25,259 nucleotides of DNA from a virus (taxonomy: Duplodnaviria > Caudoviricetes): positions 1 through 25,259 of IMG/VR virus record IMGVR_UViG_3300048856_000030, one strand, 5' to 3'. A program made the translations under genes and the position numbers. The notes under the pieces were generated by a model. It saw nothing but the letters and a program-made list of their open reading frames with translations, did no database searches and was not told where the DNA came from. Below are positions 14,949 through 24,651 of this stretch, piece after piece. Every line of letters begins with the position of its first letter. Position 1 is the stretch's first letter.

Positions 14949-16143
14949 CGTATGCCTCCCCACAGGTGATCGTGATCTCGTCCGACGTGGACGATCCGGC
15001 GATCCCGACTATGCGGCGCTTGTACTGCCGGGCTTCGAGGAAGTCGGACAGCACGTCTTCTCCCTGACCACCGGAGAGAAGACCGGGGCTTGAGAGAACG
15101 TCCGGCCCCGACAGGAGGCCGGCGCGGTGCTGCATGCGTGGTGAGAGGGTGATCTGCGCGAGGTCACCGCAGCCGTACTCGTGAGGGTACGGCGACTCGT
15201 CGGCCGGTACCCTGAACGACCAGAACTCCCAAGGCCGTCGTGCGGTACGCAGTGTTTCCGCGTTCCACGACTCCGCGGCCGCCGGGTCGGAAGCCGTCGA
15301 CGACATCCCTGATTCGAGGTGCATCAACGGAAAACCGCGGTCGATCAGGTACGAGTCGAATTTCCCCCGAATGAGGGTTGTGTCGCTCGAGCGGCCGCCT
15401 TCGGACCATGCCATCGAGCCCATCCGGGAAGCGTCCGGGCGGATGCTGAAACCCGACGTGTATGAGGGTTCCCAGTCGAGCGGCACCTCGCCCTGCAGGC
15501 GGGGCTGAGCGTCTGTGCCCGACTCGTATACCCATCCGAACGAGTCCTCCGAGGTCCGGGTGAGGCGCAGACGGATGTCGGGGCCGTTTTCTTGGTCGGA
15601 CAGGTCCGAAAGCCCAGACCCGACCGACTTCCGATCTACCGCCGTGTAGGACTGACTGCTGGTTCCGGCGCGGTCGGGGTGGAACGCGATAGGCACGTCC
15701 GACCATCCGGGCCAGGTCATCATCTGCTGCAGCAGCCGCTTCCCGATGGTGCCGCGGTCGACCCCCTCGATCAGGGTGTCGAAGGCGGTGTTCGGCTCAC
15801 CGCCGGGCGCGAGGTCCTGGGTGAGCGCGGCGACGGGCAGGATCGGCATCCCGTCGAAGAGGAACCGCAGACCCCGCACCGACACCTTCAGATCGCCGCG
15901 ATCACCGTCGAGATCCCCCGGGAGCGTGATCGGGCCACCGAGGACCCGGTTGCCAACCTCCACGGCGATGGAGTGCTTCCACGGGGTGAAGATGTTGCGC
16001 CAGTCCTGCACCCGGTCCACGAACGTGAGATTCACGGTCTCCGCGGTGTTCGACTGCTCCTGCCAGTCGTAGTCGGCCGGTTCGACCTCATCGACGACAG
16101 CACCACCGCGCGTCTCGAAGACGGAGAACCGTGTCACCACCAT
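14941..16143 (-). CDS. Minor tail protein (baseplate hub/Tal-like)
   Basis: 400 aa following Dit; LSDLSDQENGPDIR motif typical of actinophage hub proteins. Confidence 0.8.
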   Translation of the reverse strand: MVVTRFSVFETRGGAVVDEVEPADYDWQEQSNTAETVNLTFVDRVQDWRNIFTPWKHSIAVEVGNRVLGGPITLPGDLDGDRGDLKVSVRGLRFLFDGMPILPVAALTQDLAPGGEPNTAFDTLIEGVDRGTIGKRLLQQMMTWPGWSDVPIAFHPDRAGTSSQSYTAVDRKSVGSGLSDLSDQENGPDIRLRLTRTSEDSFGWVYESGTDAQPRLQGEVPLDWEPSYTSGFSIRPDASRMGSMAWSEGGRSSDTTLIRGKFDSYLIDRGFPLMHLESGMSSTASDPAAAESWNAETLRTARRPWEFWSFRVPADESPYPHEYGCGDLAQITLSPRMQHRAGLLSGPDVLSSPGLLSGGQGEDVLSDFLEARQYKRRIVGIAGSSTSDEITITCGEAYDG

Positions 16144-16964
16144 GCGGAGTCGACCTTCCCCATCATCAGAGCGGCGTCGTCACCCGCTTCGAACTGGAAC
16201 GACCTGGACACCAGGCCGGGGATCTCGGTCCACTCGCGGAACCTCAGCCACCGGGACACGTCGGACTGGCCGTCGAGGACGGCCCGCTTCGTCGCCATTG
16301 AGATCTCCACCGAAGACCCGGCCGGCACCGGACGGGCGAAGCCGACCCGGTGACCCGTCTCGACGCAGGCGATCTGCGCGGATGGGAACGGGCCGTACAG
16401 GCGGAAGATCGGGGCTGACGGGGCACGGCCCGAGTTGATCAGCTCGAAGCGACCAGTCGAGCCGCCACCCGGCCACTTGACGGGGTACACCTCCGGCCAC
16501 ACCTCGCCCTGCCCAGGGCTGGGCGGGGGCGTCGACAGCCATTCACCAGCCGAGTACCGGCGAGGGTCCCGCGCGATCAGGTCGACCGCGAGCATCCCGT
16601 AGCCGGACCCGCCGCGATGACGGACCGGTTTCACCGACTCGACGGTGACGACGCGCCAGGATGACCCTGCAGGTGTCGTGACTGTCATCAGGACCGGGCC
16701 CTCCGCGCCGGTCGCTGAGAGCGCGTCGAACCCGACCTCAGCCTCAGCCTGCGAAGACCCTACGTAGTTCGCGGTGAAGGAGATCGCCCGTGACGCACGC
16801 AACGACTCGCGGGCCGGGAACGACCCGTGAGCCTGCGGCCGTTCGACCGCGTCCTTCTTGTCATCGGTCTGACCCCACCAGTCGGTGAGGTCGCGAAACG
16901 ACCACCCCTCAGCCGCGAAGCTGGGGAACGTGATCTGCCCGAGAGTGATGGCGGAGAGCATCAT
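16134..16964 (-). CDS. Distal tail protein (Dit)
   Basis: RPQAHGSF, LIARDPRRYS, WPEVYPVKW and NSGRAPSAP; TAATG overlap with the tape measure stop. Confidence 0.85.
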   Translation of the reverse strand: MMLSAITLGQITFPSFAAEGWSFRDLTDWWGQTDDKKDAVERPQAHGSFPARESLRASRAISFTANYVGSSQAEAEVGFDALSATGAEGPVLMTVTTPAGSSWRVVTVESVKPVRHRGGSGYGMLAVDLIARDPRRYSAGEWLSTPPPSPGQGEVWPEVYPVKWPGGGSTGRFELINSGRAPSAPIFRLYGPFPSAQIACVETGHRVGFARPVPAGSSVEISMATKRAVLDGQSDVSRWLRFREWTEIPGLVSRSFQFEAGDDAALMMGKVDSAWW

Positions 16965-19306
16965 TATGAGTTGAGCGCTCCCCTCGCTTCGCGACCCCAC
17001 TGACGCATCTGCAGCCGGGGATCGGTCTGCTCCGTGCGGATGTACTGATTCACCGTCGCCCCCCCAGATCCACCACCGGGGACCGGGCTGGCGCGGTCTC
17101 CGAGCTGCTGGGTCAGAGTCAGACCGCCGACGGCGGCCGCGGCGATGGGGACGCGGATCGAGCTCGCCACCATGCCTGCCTGAAACTGCTCGATCACGGC
17201 GCCACCGGACTGGCGGAGCCGGTCCCAGCCCGCCCCGGAGAACGGGCCGTACTTGGCCGGCGAGTTCGGGAAGAAACCGCGCACGGTGTCGAGTACCCCG
17301 CCGACGACCTGACCGACAGGGGTCTCCCTGATGCCGCGGAGGAAGCCGTTGATCAGAGACCGCCCGGAGTTGTAAAGCGTCATGCCGAGATCGCCTACTG
17401 CTGCGATCGCCCGCTGCGGGAGGGACTGGATGAAGCCGACGGCCTCGTTGATGCGGGATCCGATCTCGTCGCGAGCGAACCGCACCGACTCAGACGCGGT
17501 CGACGCGAACGTTCGGAACCCGCTGGCGACGTCGTAGACGCCCCGCAGCAGCACCCCCACGGCACCGGCTGCGCCGAGGACTTCGTCCGCAAGTTCCTCC
17601 ACCGACGTGTCGGAGGAGAACAGGTTGAACGTCGCCCCCACGATGGTGGCCAGGCCTGCCTGATTGTCGGTCCACATCTGGAGCAGCGGGATGATCGCCT
17701 GCGCGCCCGCAATGAGCAGAGGCAGAGCCTCAGAGCCGAGCTGAAGGATCGACGGCAGGTACTCCACCGTCGTCTTCACCAGGTCGACCAGTGCCGGCGT
17801 CGATTCCTGAAGCGCGGTAGCGAGTTCGGGCCCGATCTTGTCGATCGTGTCGTTCAGCGCGGGAACAAGGGTCTCGTTCGCGAGCTGCGCCAAGGTCGTC
17901 AGGGACGGAAGCAACGCGGTCCCGAGCTTGGCCTGAGCGTTCGCCCACTCCGCGTTCAGAATGCGCTGCTGGTTCGCGAGCTCACCGGACGTGTTCGCGA
18001 AGTCACCCTGGGTCTGCTGGGTCTGCTGGAGCAGGAGCCCGTACCGGGCCTGCTGCTTCTGCGCCTCCGTCATCTCGACGTTCGACCCGGCCATCGCCCC
18101 CTCAAGAGCGATCTCCGCACGCGTGACCGCGTCACGGGCAGCCGATGCTTCCGTCGACTCTTCACCGAACGCCTTGATCTTCTCCGAATACGTCTCCGTC
18201 GCACGTGAGAGGGTGCCCTGCGCGAGCTCGACCTTGCGGGTATCGACCGCCGCCTGCACCATCCCAGAGGAGACGGCGTACGCGCTGACGGCCGCGGCGG
18301 AGAGATCGATACCGAACTTGCGGAGCGGTTCTGTCTCACCGGCGAGGCCCGACTGGAAGAGCTGCAGTGCGTCCGCGACCTCGAGGTTGTACACCGATGC
18401 GAAATCCGCACCGCGCACCGTCAGCTCGTCGATGAAACCCGTCACGTCGTTGCCGCGAATCGTCGAAGCGAACGCGGCGAACTGTGTCGCGAAGCCGTTG
18501 AACTGGAGCGTGGTCAGGCCGAGCCGCTGGGCAGCACCCTTCCCGAGTTCCTGGATCCCGGCGGCCGCGTCGCCGAACGACACGTTCACGGCGTTGAGGG
18601 ACTCGTTGAGCCCCGAGGCGGCGACAGTCGACTCCTTGAGCAGGTCCCACCCGGCACGGAACCCGCTGCCGATGACGTTCGAGATCCCGGCGGTGACGCT
18701 GGAGGCGATGCCCCCGAACGCAGAACCGAGGAACGAGCCCCCCAGGATCTCCTTGAAACCCGACGTGAACCGTCCAGCGGAGCGACGTCCCGCCGCCGCG
18801 AGCTGGTCGCCGGCGGCGTCGGCGGCGTCTGCGAGGCGTCCCTGCGCGGTGCGCAGTTCGTTTGTCGCTTCCTTCGTGTTGTTCTGTGCTGCGCCGAGCT
18901 GTCGGGCCGAAGCCGCGAGGCGCTCCTCAGCGCGGATGACCTGTGATGAATCGGCGGCGTACTTATCCCGCGCCTCTGCGAGCTGTGCCTCTGCGAGACG
19001 TACCTTGCCCGCGGCGTCCTGCTCCTTCAGCCGAGCCGTCGACACCGCCCGGGAGGACTTCGCGACAGCGTCCTCGAGTTCCTTCGCGGCCTTCGACGAG
19101 AACCCCGACGACTCCTGCTCGAACGCCTTCTTGAATCCCGCGCCCGTGGTCTTGCCGGACGCGTCACCCGTCTTCGCGAACGCCTTCCGGAATCCGGTGT
19201 CAGCGGCCTTCGCGGCGCCGTCTACCTCCTTCTCGGTGGCCGCCCGGAAGCCCTTGAAAGTGGGGACGATAGCGACCTCACCGGACCCAACCTCGGGTGA
19301 CGACAT
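16964..19306 (-). CDS. Tape measure protein, 780 aa
   Basis: EVGSGEVAIVPTFKGF start; GLAGETEPLRKFG and FFPNSPAKYGPFSG motifs; Ala-rich helical sequence. Confidence 0.95.
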   Translation of the reverse strand: MSSPEVGSGEVAIVPTFKGFRAATEKEVDGAAKAADTGFRKAFAKTGDASGKTTGAGFKKAFEQESSGFSSKAAKELEDAVAKSSRAVSTARLKEQDAAGKVRLAEAQLAEARDKYAADSSQVIRAEERLAASARQLGAAQNNTKEATNELRTAQGRLADAADAAGDQLAAAGRRSAGRFTSGFKEILGGSFLGSAFGGIASSVTAGISNVIGSGFRAGWDLLKESTVAASGLNESLNAVNVSFGDAAAGIQELGKGAAQRLGLTTLQFNGFATQFAAFASTIRGNDVTGFIDELTVRGADFASVYNLEVADALQLFQSGLAGETEPLRKFGIDLSAAAVSAYAVSSGMVQAAVDTRKVELAQGTLSRATETYSEKIKAFGEESTEASAARDAVTRAEIALEGAMAGSNVEMTEAQKQQARYGLLLQQTQQTQGDFANTSGELANQQRILNAEWANAQAKLGTALLPSLTTLAQLANETLVPALNDTIDKIGPELATALQESTPALVDLVKTTVEYLPSILQLGSEALPLLIAGAQAIIPLLQMWTDNQAGLATIVGATFNLFSSDTSVEELADEVLGAAGAVGVLLRGVYDVASGFRTFASTASESVRFARDEIGSRINEAVGFIQSLPQRAIAAVGDLGMTLYNSGRSLINGFLRGIRETPVGQVVGGVLDTVRGFFPNSPAKYGPFSGAGWDRLRQSGGAVIEQFQAGMVASSIRVPIAAAAVGGLTLTQQLGDRASPVPGGGSGGATVNQYIRTEQTDPRLQMRQWGREARGALNS

Positions 19307-19320
19307 CGTGCCTCCTCGCG

Positions 19321-19985
19321 TCAGTCAGCGAACGCAGACCGCCGCTTCAGTTGTGCCGTCAGCTCCGCACGCCGCTCGGGCGTGACATCGGCGTTCGGGT
19401 CGCGCTTCTCCCACGGGGTGGGCAGCTCGATCGCCGGGTCGTTCTCACCCCGGAGGAAGTTCACGACGCGGGAGGCGAGCAGCACCGTCGCAATGTCGGC
19501 GTCGGACGCTGGCTGCGTGAGGCCGTGCAGCTTCATGCGGAGGTGCGACCCCGGCTCATGAAGAAGGCCGGCGATCAGATCCCACGCTTCTCGCCACGGG
19601 ACCGCGCGACCGAGACCCTCGTCTAGGGAGCATCCGAAGAAGACTCGGAAATCCCATCGGAGCTCGGCGCGGTGCTCCCCGACGTACTCGAGGAGCGCAG
19701 CGATTCCCCCAGCGGGGTCCTCACCGCCTTGGTGAACTCCTCGAAGAACATGCGGGAGAACCGTGCGCGTTCGATGACGCCCATGCCGTTGTAAGCCGCC
19801 TCGAAGTCGGCTCCGAGCCAGGCAGCGACGACGTCGAACTGCTTGGCCTGGTCGTCTTCCTCGTCAGCGGACAGCGCCGATTCGAGGACCTCGGCAGGGA
19901 TGTCGAGGTCGATCTGCAGCTCGTCGCCGCGCTTGCTGGTGTAGGTGATGACGTCGTCCGCGACGACGTAGTGGGGCTTGTTCAT
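19321..19985 (-). CDS. Tail assembly chaperone, long (GT) form made by -1 frameshift
   Basis: Slip at G GGG GAA (19704-19710) opens GIAALLEYVGEHRAELRWDFRVFFG...WREAWDLIAGLLHEPGSHLRMKL...RRSAFAD* with no intervening stop. Confidence 0.85.
19623..19985 (-). CDS. Tail assembly chaperone, short (G) form
   Basis: 120 aa ending LGES plus a Ser-rich tail; RBS GAAGG. Confidence 0.88.
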   Translation of the reverse strand: MNKPHYVVADDVITYTSKRGDELQIDLDIPAEVLESALSADEEDDQAKQFDVVAAWLGADFEAAYNGMGVIERARFSRMFFEEFTKAVRTPLGESLRSSSTSGSTAPSSDGISESSSDAP

Positions 19986-20046
19986 GTGGGTGATGCCTTC
20001 CGTGGGTGATGGCGGCGCGGGGCAACGCGCCTGTACTGTGTGCGAC

Positions 20047-20385
20047 GTGAGCTATCAGCAGCAGCCGGCGTATTACCTCCCGGTCCCGGCGCCGAGCAAC
20101 GGGCAGGCGACCGCGGCGATGGTGGTCGGGATCGTGGCCGCCGCGATCGGCGTCTGGTCGGTAATCCCCGTGATCGGGATCGGCGCCGCGTTCTTGGCGT
20201 TCCTGCCCGCCGTTCTGGCCGTGATCTTCGGACACACCGGGTTGAACCGATCGAAGATGCTCAACGGTTACGGGCGAGTGCAGGCGCTCACCGGCCTGTG
20301 GACCGGGTATGGCACCATCGCGATCATCGTCGCGACCGTTGTGTTCTGGACCGTCGCGTTCGCGTTCAGCAACGCGAACTCGTAG
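20047..20385 (+). CDS. DUF4190-like membrane protein (moron), leaderless
   Basis: APSNGQATAAMVVGI...LAVIFGHTGL...GRVQALTGLWTGY; -10 TACTGT at 20034-20039; opposite strand to the tail operon. Confidence 0.85.
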   Translation: MSYQQQPAYYLPVPAPSNGQATAAMVVGIVAAAIGVWSVIPVIGIGAAFLAFLPAVLAVIFGHTGLNRSKMLNGYGRVQALTGLWTGYGTIAIIVATVVFWTVAFAFSNANS

Positions 20386-20412
20386 CGGCCGTGCGGGTGA
20401 TGGTGTGAAGTA

Positions 20413-20443
20413 GGCGGCGGCGTCACCCACGAGCACCGCCGCC
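20413..20443. terminator. Hairpin between the convergent major tail gene and the moron
   Basis: GGCGGCGG...CCGCCGCC. Confidence 0.55.
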
Positions 20444-20449
20444 CACATC

Positions 20450-21043
20450 TCACTCCTCTTCGGGGACGGTGCCTTCGGGAGCGAGGATCCACTGCCCGAA
20501 GTGCTTGTTCCCGACGGACGCGTGCCGGGCGATGTTGAACACCAGCGCGTTGCCGTTCACTTCGCCGCGGGTCGAACGATCCTCTGCCGTCGATGCCAGC
20601 GTTGCCAGGGGCGCCACCCGACGGCGGATGGCGCCGTTCTTGAAGATCTCCTCGGTGAACACGACCCAGCGTGTGCCGGGGAGTCCACCGTCGATCTCGA
20701 CGTACCCGTTCGCGTCGGGGGCTTCTCCGGTGAGGATCTCCTGCAGGAGGTCGCCGAGGATCTCAGCGGCGGTGACCGAGAGGGTCACGTTCGCGAGCCC
20801 GGAGGGAAGGGTGTACCCGTCCTGCCAGAACGTGATGGGGTCGCCGTCCGCGGCCCACGCGTACTGCGGACCACCGTCCTCCTTGAGGAGGCCGAGCTTT
20901 CGGAACGCGACGTTCAGCGTGAGGCTGTCCGCGGCGCCCTGCACCGGGGTCGGGATGACGGTCCCGTAGGGGGCGAATCCGATGAATCCCGTGACCGGGA
21001 CACCGACCGCCTGGATGTCGTTGCCGTTTTCGTCTGCGGCCAC
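20450..21043 (-). CDS. Major tail protein
   Basis: GFIGFAPYGT...FRKLGLLKEDGG...ITFWQ; RBS AAGGAG; synteny. Confidence 0.9.
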   Translation of the reverse strand: MAADENGNDIQAVGVPVTGFIGFAPYGTVIPTPVQGAADSLTLNVAFRKLGLLKEDGGPQYAWAADGDPITFWQDGYTLPSGLANVTLSVTAAEILGDLLQEILTGEAPDANGYVEIDGGLPGTRWVVFTEEIFKNGAIRRRVAPLATLASTAEDRSTRGEVNGNALVFNIARHASVGNKHFGQWILAPEGTVPEEE

Positions 21044-21067
21044 TGTTTCATCTCCTTGACGTGCGAA

Positions 21068-21087
21068 TGCCCCGACGGTCGCCGGGG
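21068..21087 (-). promoter_or_regulatory. Hairpin in the major tail gene leader
   Basis: GCCCCGGC-gacc-GTCGGGGC on the minus strand. Confidence 0.45.
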
Positions 21088-21135
21088 CGTGGTTGATGGA
21101 TGGTCACGGGCTGGAGCCCTTAGGTGTGGGTGAGG

Positions 21136-21564
21136 TCAGAGGGCACGGCCTGCCACCGCGAAGGTGACGGCCGAGTAGACACGCGCGAACGTCGCGTCTT
21201 CGGGAACCATGAAGGGTCCCGTGGATGATCGGATGTCCGCGAACGGGTTGCCCGGGTCCGGTGAGGGGATCTGAGAGGCGAGGGCGAGCACGATCCGTGC
21301 AAGATCCTTCGCATCCTTAGGGTTGCTCTTCGTGCCTGCGAGCACAGTGAGACCGATCGAGGCCTCCCCGGTGAGGAAGGACTCGCGGCTAGTCCCGTCG
21401 TCCCGAATCACGAGCTGTTTCGGCGGCGGTGGGGTCTTACTCGATTCGAGCCTCACGACCGTCACGTTGGCGCACACGGGTTCCGGTCGGGCCTGCAGTG
21501 CGAGCCGGTACCAGGCGAGGAGGAAGTCCTCGAGGTCTGGCATGATCACTGCGGGATCAGCCAC
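21136..21564 (-). CDS. Tail terminator
   Basis: VIMPDLE...LVIRDDG; GTG 21564; position upstream of the major tail gene. Confidence 0.75.
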   Translation of the reverse strand: MADPAVIMPDLEDFLLAWYRLALQARPEPVCANVTVVRLESSKTPPPPKQLVIRDDGTSRESFLTGEASIGLTVLAGTKSNPKDAKDLARIVLALASQIPSPDPGNPFADIRSSTGPFMVPEDATFARVYSAVTFAVAGRAL

Positions 21565-21841
21565 GGCGGCGGCCCTTCGTGTTCGCACGGAGCGCGCGGG
21601 CAAGGTTGCCTGTTCGGCTCTCGACGAGCATCGATTTAGGGTCCGTGGCGATCACGAGGCCTACATAGCGACGCTGTAGCTTTCCCGCCGCGACGATGCC
21701 CGCACGGTAGTCGCCGGTATCGGCCGGCGCGGTAGAGCGAGCCGTGCGGGCGACCCGCTCGGTGACCTCGTCCACGAGAGCCGAAACACCCGGAGACTTC
21801 GACAGGTTGTCGAAGAATGCGTTGTTGAATTCGACGGCCAT
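21557..21841 (-). CDS. HK97 gp10-like neck/tail completion protein
   Basis: ARSTAPADTGDYRAGI...VESRTGNLARAL. Confidence 0.85.
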   Translation of the reverse strand: MAVEFNNAFFDNLSKSPGVSALVDEVTERVARTARSTAPADTGDYRAGIVAAGKLQRRYVGLVIATDPKSMLVESRTGNLARALRANTKGRRRG

Positions 21842-21855
21842 CCGGCGCGCTCCTC

Positions 21856-22269
21856 TCAGCCGACGTAACGGGTCAGCGGAATTTCTCGCGGCGGCGCCCA
21901 CCCGGTCCACGGGTTCGAATCCGCCGTCGGTGGAATGCCGTCGATCGTGTACGTGGCGCCCTGCATGGCCGTGCCCGCGGGCATCTTGGTGGCGTCAGGC
22001 GGCAGCGGCGGCACGAACACCCCCGCGAAGATCCGGTCGCCCTTGTGGATGTCGGCGTAGACCGGGTCGAACAGCGACTTTGCTTCGAGCGCCTGCTCGC
22101 GCGTCGCCGTGCGCAGCATCGACGTCGAAGTCTGAGCGACGAACGCGCGCTCGACCACGATTACGTCCGGCTCGTCCCAGTTCTCAGGAACCTGCTCATC
22201 AGGGTTGTACGGATCGGGGATCATCCCGCCGCGGAGCCGGTACACGGTGTCGCCGTAGGGGAAGAACAT
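21856..22269 (-). CDS. Head-to-tail stopper
   Basis: FPYGDTV...DPYNP...WD, ADIHKGDRI, YTIDG.P and NPWTGW motifs. Confidence 0.8.
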   Translation of the reverse strand: MFFPYGDTVYRLRGGMIPDPYNPDEQVPENWDEPDVIVVERAFVAQTSTSMLRTATREQALEAKSLFDPVYADIHKGDRIFAGVFVPPLPPDATKMPAGTAMQGATYTIDGIPPTADSNPWTGWAPPREIPLTRYVG

Positions 22270-22706
22270 CAGTCCTCCTCGACGAGCAAGCCTGCTTCTG
22301 CGAGAAGCTCCACCCACGGTGCGTCGGAATTGCCGAAGCGCACCCCATCGGGGGCTGGTATCCGCACGGACCGGATGCCACCGCCGAGGCCGCACGCATC
22401 ATCGAGCAGCGCGAGTTCCTCGGCGAGGAACCAGCTGGTCAGAGGCGCGCGGGAGTTGTACTTCACGCTCGCGGACCCGATCGACTGAGAATCGATCATC
22501 CCGGCAGGGCGACTGAGGCGCCGCTCAAGTGCGTCCGCCGCGGTCGCGACGAACAGTGGCCGCCGTGCTTCTGTGATGTTCGCCCCGTATCGGGCGTCCA
22601 GCAGAATGTCGAGCACAGGCAGCCAGGCTTCGATGCGAGCCTGCTGCGCAGTATTGAGGGGTGGGAGGAACGGTGACACGTCCTCCAGTTCTAGATCGAG
22701 TGCCAC
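22269..22706 (-). CDS. Head-to-tail adaptor
   Basis: SQSIGSASVKY...FLAEELALL; synteny. Confidence 0.8.
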   Translation of the reverse strand: MALDLELEDVSPFLPPLNTAQQARIEAWLPVLDILLDARYGANITEARRPLFVATAADALERRLSRPAGMIDSQSIGSASVKYNSRAPLTSWFLAEELALLDDACGLGGGIRSVRIPAPDGVRFGNSDAPWVELLAEAGLLVEED

Positions 22707-22721
22707 CGTCCCTCCCTCCTG

Positions 22722-22985
22722 TCAGTCGCTCGCGCGGGCCGCGACGATCGCGGCGAGCTTGTCGGCCTTGGTCGTTGCCCCACCGAAGTCGATGCCGTCG
22801 CGTGTTGCGAGGGCGTCGAACTGCTTGTGGGACCATTCGTCGGTCGGCTCGCCGTCTGGGATGACCACCGTCTCGGGCTCTTCGGCCGTGACGACGTCGA
22901 CGACCCAGCCCTTGGACAGGTAGTACTCCGCGGTCTCGTCGGGCACCTCGACCGTGCGCCCCTTGGGGTGCGTCAGCTTTGCCAT
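22722..22985 (-). CDS. Small capsid-adjacent protein with a helix-extended-helix-like C-terminus
   Basis: 87 aa; TVEVPDETAEYYLSKGW plus PTDEWSHKQFDALA...TTKADKLAAI; RBS AAGGAG. Confidence 0.8.
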   Translation of the reverse strand: MAKLTHPKGRTVEVPDETAEYYLSKGWVVDVVTAEEPETVVIPDGEPTDEWSHKQFDALATRDGIDFGGATTKADKLAAIVAARASD

Positions 22986-22999
22986 CTCTGCTCCTTCGA

Positions 23000-23932
23000 T
23001 CAGGCCGCGGCCGGGGTGACCGCGGCGACAGGCTCCGAGGCGGTGCCCTGCGTGGTGATCGTGTTGCCGAGCACGTACGCGTACCGGGCTTTGAACCGCA
23101 GGGCGACCATGTCGCGCTCGGCAAGGTTGATCCCGCCGACCGTGGCCTGGTCGAGGAACTTGACCGTGATGTCCTGGCGGACCCCGATCTTGACCCGCTG
23201 GCCGTCGGCGACGAGCGCGGTCGCGAGGGTGGGGTCCCACGCGCCGTTGCGGACGAACTGCGCGTCGAGACCGGCGACGTCGTCGGAGAAGGAACCGTCG
23301 CCGCCGAGGGTGCGCGACAGGATGGCGGTGCCGTCCGTGGCGCGGAGGTTCGCGAGCCGGAACCGCAGACCCGCGCCGGAGAGCAGATCCGTGGGGTTGG
23401 CTCCCGAGTCCGCCACGGCGCCGGCGGCCTGGAAGATCGACCCCGCGAGGTCGTCCTCCCCCGGCGTTGCCGAGACCTGGAAGACGTTGCCCGCGGCGGT
23501 GGCTGCCGCGAGCAGGTCGAGGCTCAGCCACGTGGCCGGCTTCTGCACGCCGAACAGGATCGCCTGGTCGAGCTTCTTGCCGATGGCCTGGCCACCCAGG
23601 AGGGTGATGCTGGCGAGGAGATCCTCGGTCGCGTCCTCGAGAGTGTCCTCGTGGATCGGGATGATCACCGCGATCTCCTCGACGACGAACTGCTTGTTCG
23701 CCCAGACGACCTGGGAGGTCGGTTTCACGCCCGAGGAGTCGGTCGCGGACTCCGAAACCCAGCCCGCTTCGGGGAGAGTAGTGAGCACCGGCGCGTTCGT
23801 GATCTTCGTGCCGAGGGGCACAGATCCGAATGCCTTGATCGCTGCGGACTCTGCCGCAACGTTGTCGAGAAGAGCACCGGAGTACTCCTCCTGAATGAGC
23901 GTCGCCACTTCGGCGCGCGAGATATCTGCCAT
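23000..23932 (-). CDS. Major capsid protein (HK97 fold)
   Basis: LIQEEYS, PEAGWVSE, EEIAVIIPIHE, KKLDQAILFG and INLAERDMVALR. Confidence 0.95.
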   Translation of the reverse strand: MADISRAEVATLIQEEYSGALLDNVAAESAAIKAFGSVPLGTKITNAPVLTTLPEAGWVSESATDSSGVKPTSQVVWANKQFVVEEIAVIIPIHEDTLEDATEDLLASITLLGGQAIGKKLDQAILFGVQKPATWLSLDLLAAATAAGNVFQVSATPGEDDLAGSIFQAAGAVADSGANPTDLLSGAGLRFRLANLRATDGTAILSRTLGGDGSFSDDVAGLDAQFVRNGAWDPTLATALVADGQRVKIGVRQDITVKFLDQATVGGINLAERDMVALRFKARYAYVLGNTITTQGTASEPVAAVTPAAA

Positions 23933-23984
23933 TTCGTCTCCTGACGATGAGCGCCGTGGTGGCGCGTGAGAGGTGGAGGTTTGG

Positions 23985-24572
23985 CTACTGCAGGCGCTTC
24001 GCGCCCAGTTGCCGGAGCGCGGCCGCAGCCTTGCCCTTCCCGCCCTTGGCGGTGTCGTCTAGCTGTCGGTCACCCGGCCGCGGCTGAGGGCGTGTGCGCG
24101 GGGTGCGCGACTGTTCCTTCAGCAGATACGGCTTGTCCTGCGCGAGCTTGTCGACGAGCTTCTTCAGCTCGTCGGTGTCGAGGTCGTCGCCCTTCTTGGG
24201 CAGCTCGTCGCCGAGGACCGCAAGTGCGTCCCCCGGGTCGACGAATCCTGCCGAAGCGGCGATCGACTTCACCTCGGTCGACGCGAGTCGACGTTCGTAC
24301 TTGGCGGCCGTCTCACCGGAGGCTTGCGCCCGCGCTTCCTCGATCGCCTTCTCGCTTGGCGTCTTCTTCTCGTCCTCGAGCTGGTCCCACTTCTCGGCCT
24401 TCGATTTCAGGTCGTCGAAGCCCTTGTACTTGTCACGCTCGCGAGCGAGGCGTGACTCGATGATCCGGTCGAACTCTGCCTGTGTCGCCGGTGCCGTGTA
24501 GGCGGGCGGTTCAGGCGTGGGCGCCGGGTCGGTGGCGGGCTGGGGAGTCGGTTCGGGTGCGGGAATTGACAT
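23985..24572 (-). CDS. Scaffolding protein, 195 aa
   Basis: TQAEFDRIIESRLARER...DDLKSKAEKWDQLE...KPYL; RBS GGAGG. Confidence 0.92.
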   Translation of the reverse strand: MSIPAPEPTPQPATDPAPTPEPPAYTAPATQAEFDRIIESRLARERDKYKGFDDLKSKAEKWDQLEDEKKTPSEKAIEEARAQASGETAAKYERRLASTEVKSIAASAGFVDPGDALAVLGDELPKKGDDLDTDELKKLVDKLAQDKPYLLKEQSRTPRTRPQPRPGDRQLDDTAKGGKGKAAAALRQLGAKRLQ

Positions 24573-24651
24573 GGGTGATCCTCCGTAGATCCGTCGATAT
24601 GACCGCCAGAGAACAGCTGGCGTACCTGGACCCCGCAAGCGCGGGTGAGTC

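Noticed and set aside
15040-15125. Repeated GLLSG/DVLS peptide in the hub protein
   Set aside because: Short low-complexity insert of a kind common in actinophage tail proteins; no DNA-level repeat system (no DGR template/variable pair or reverse transcriptase) is visible.
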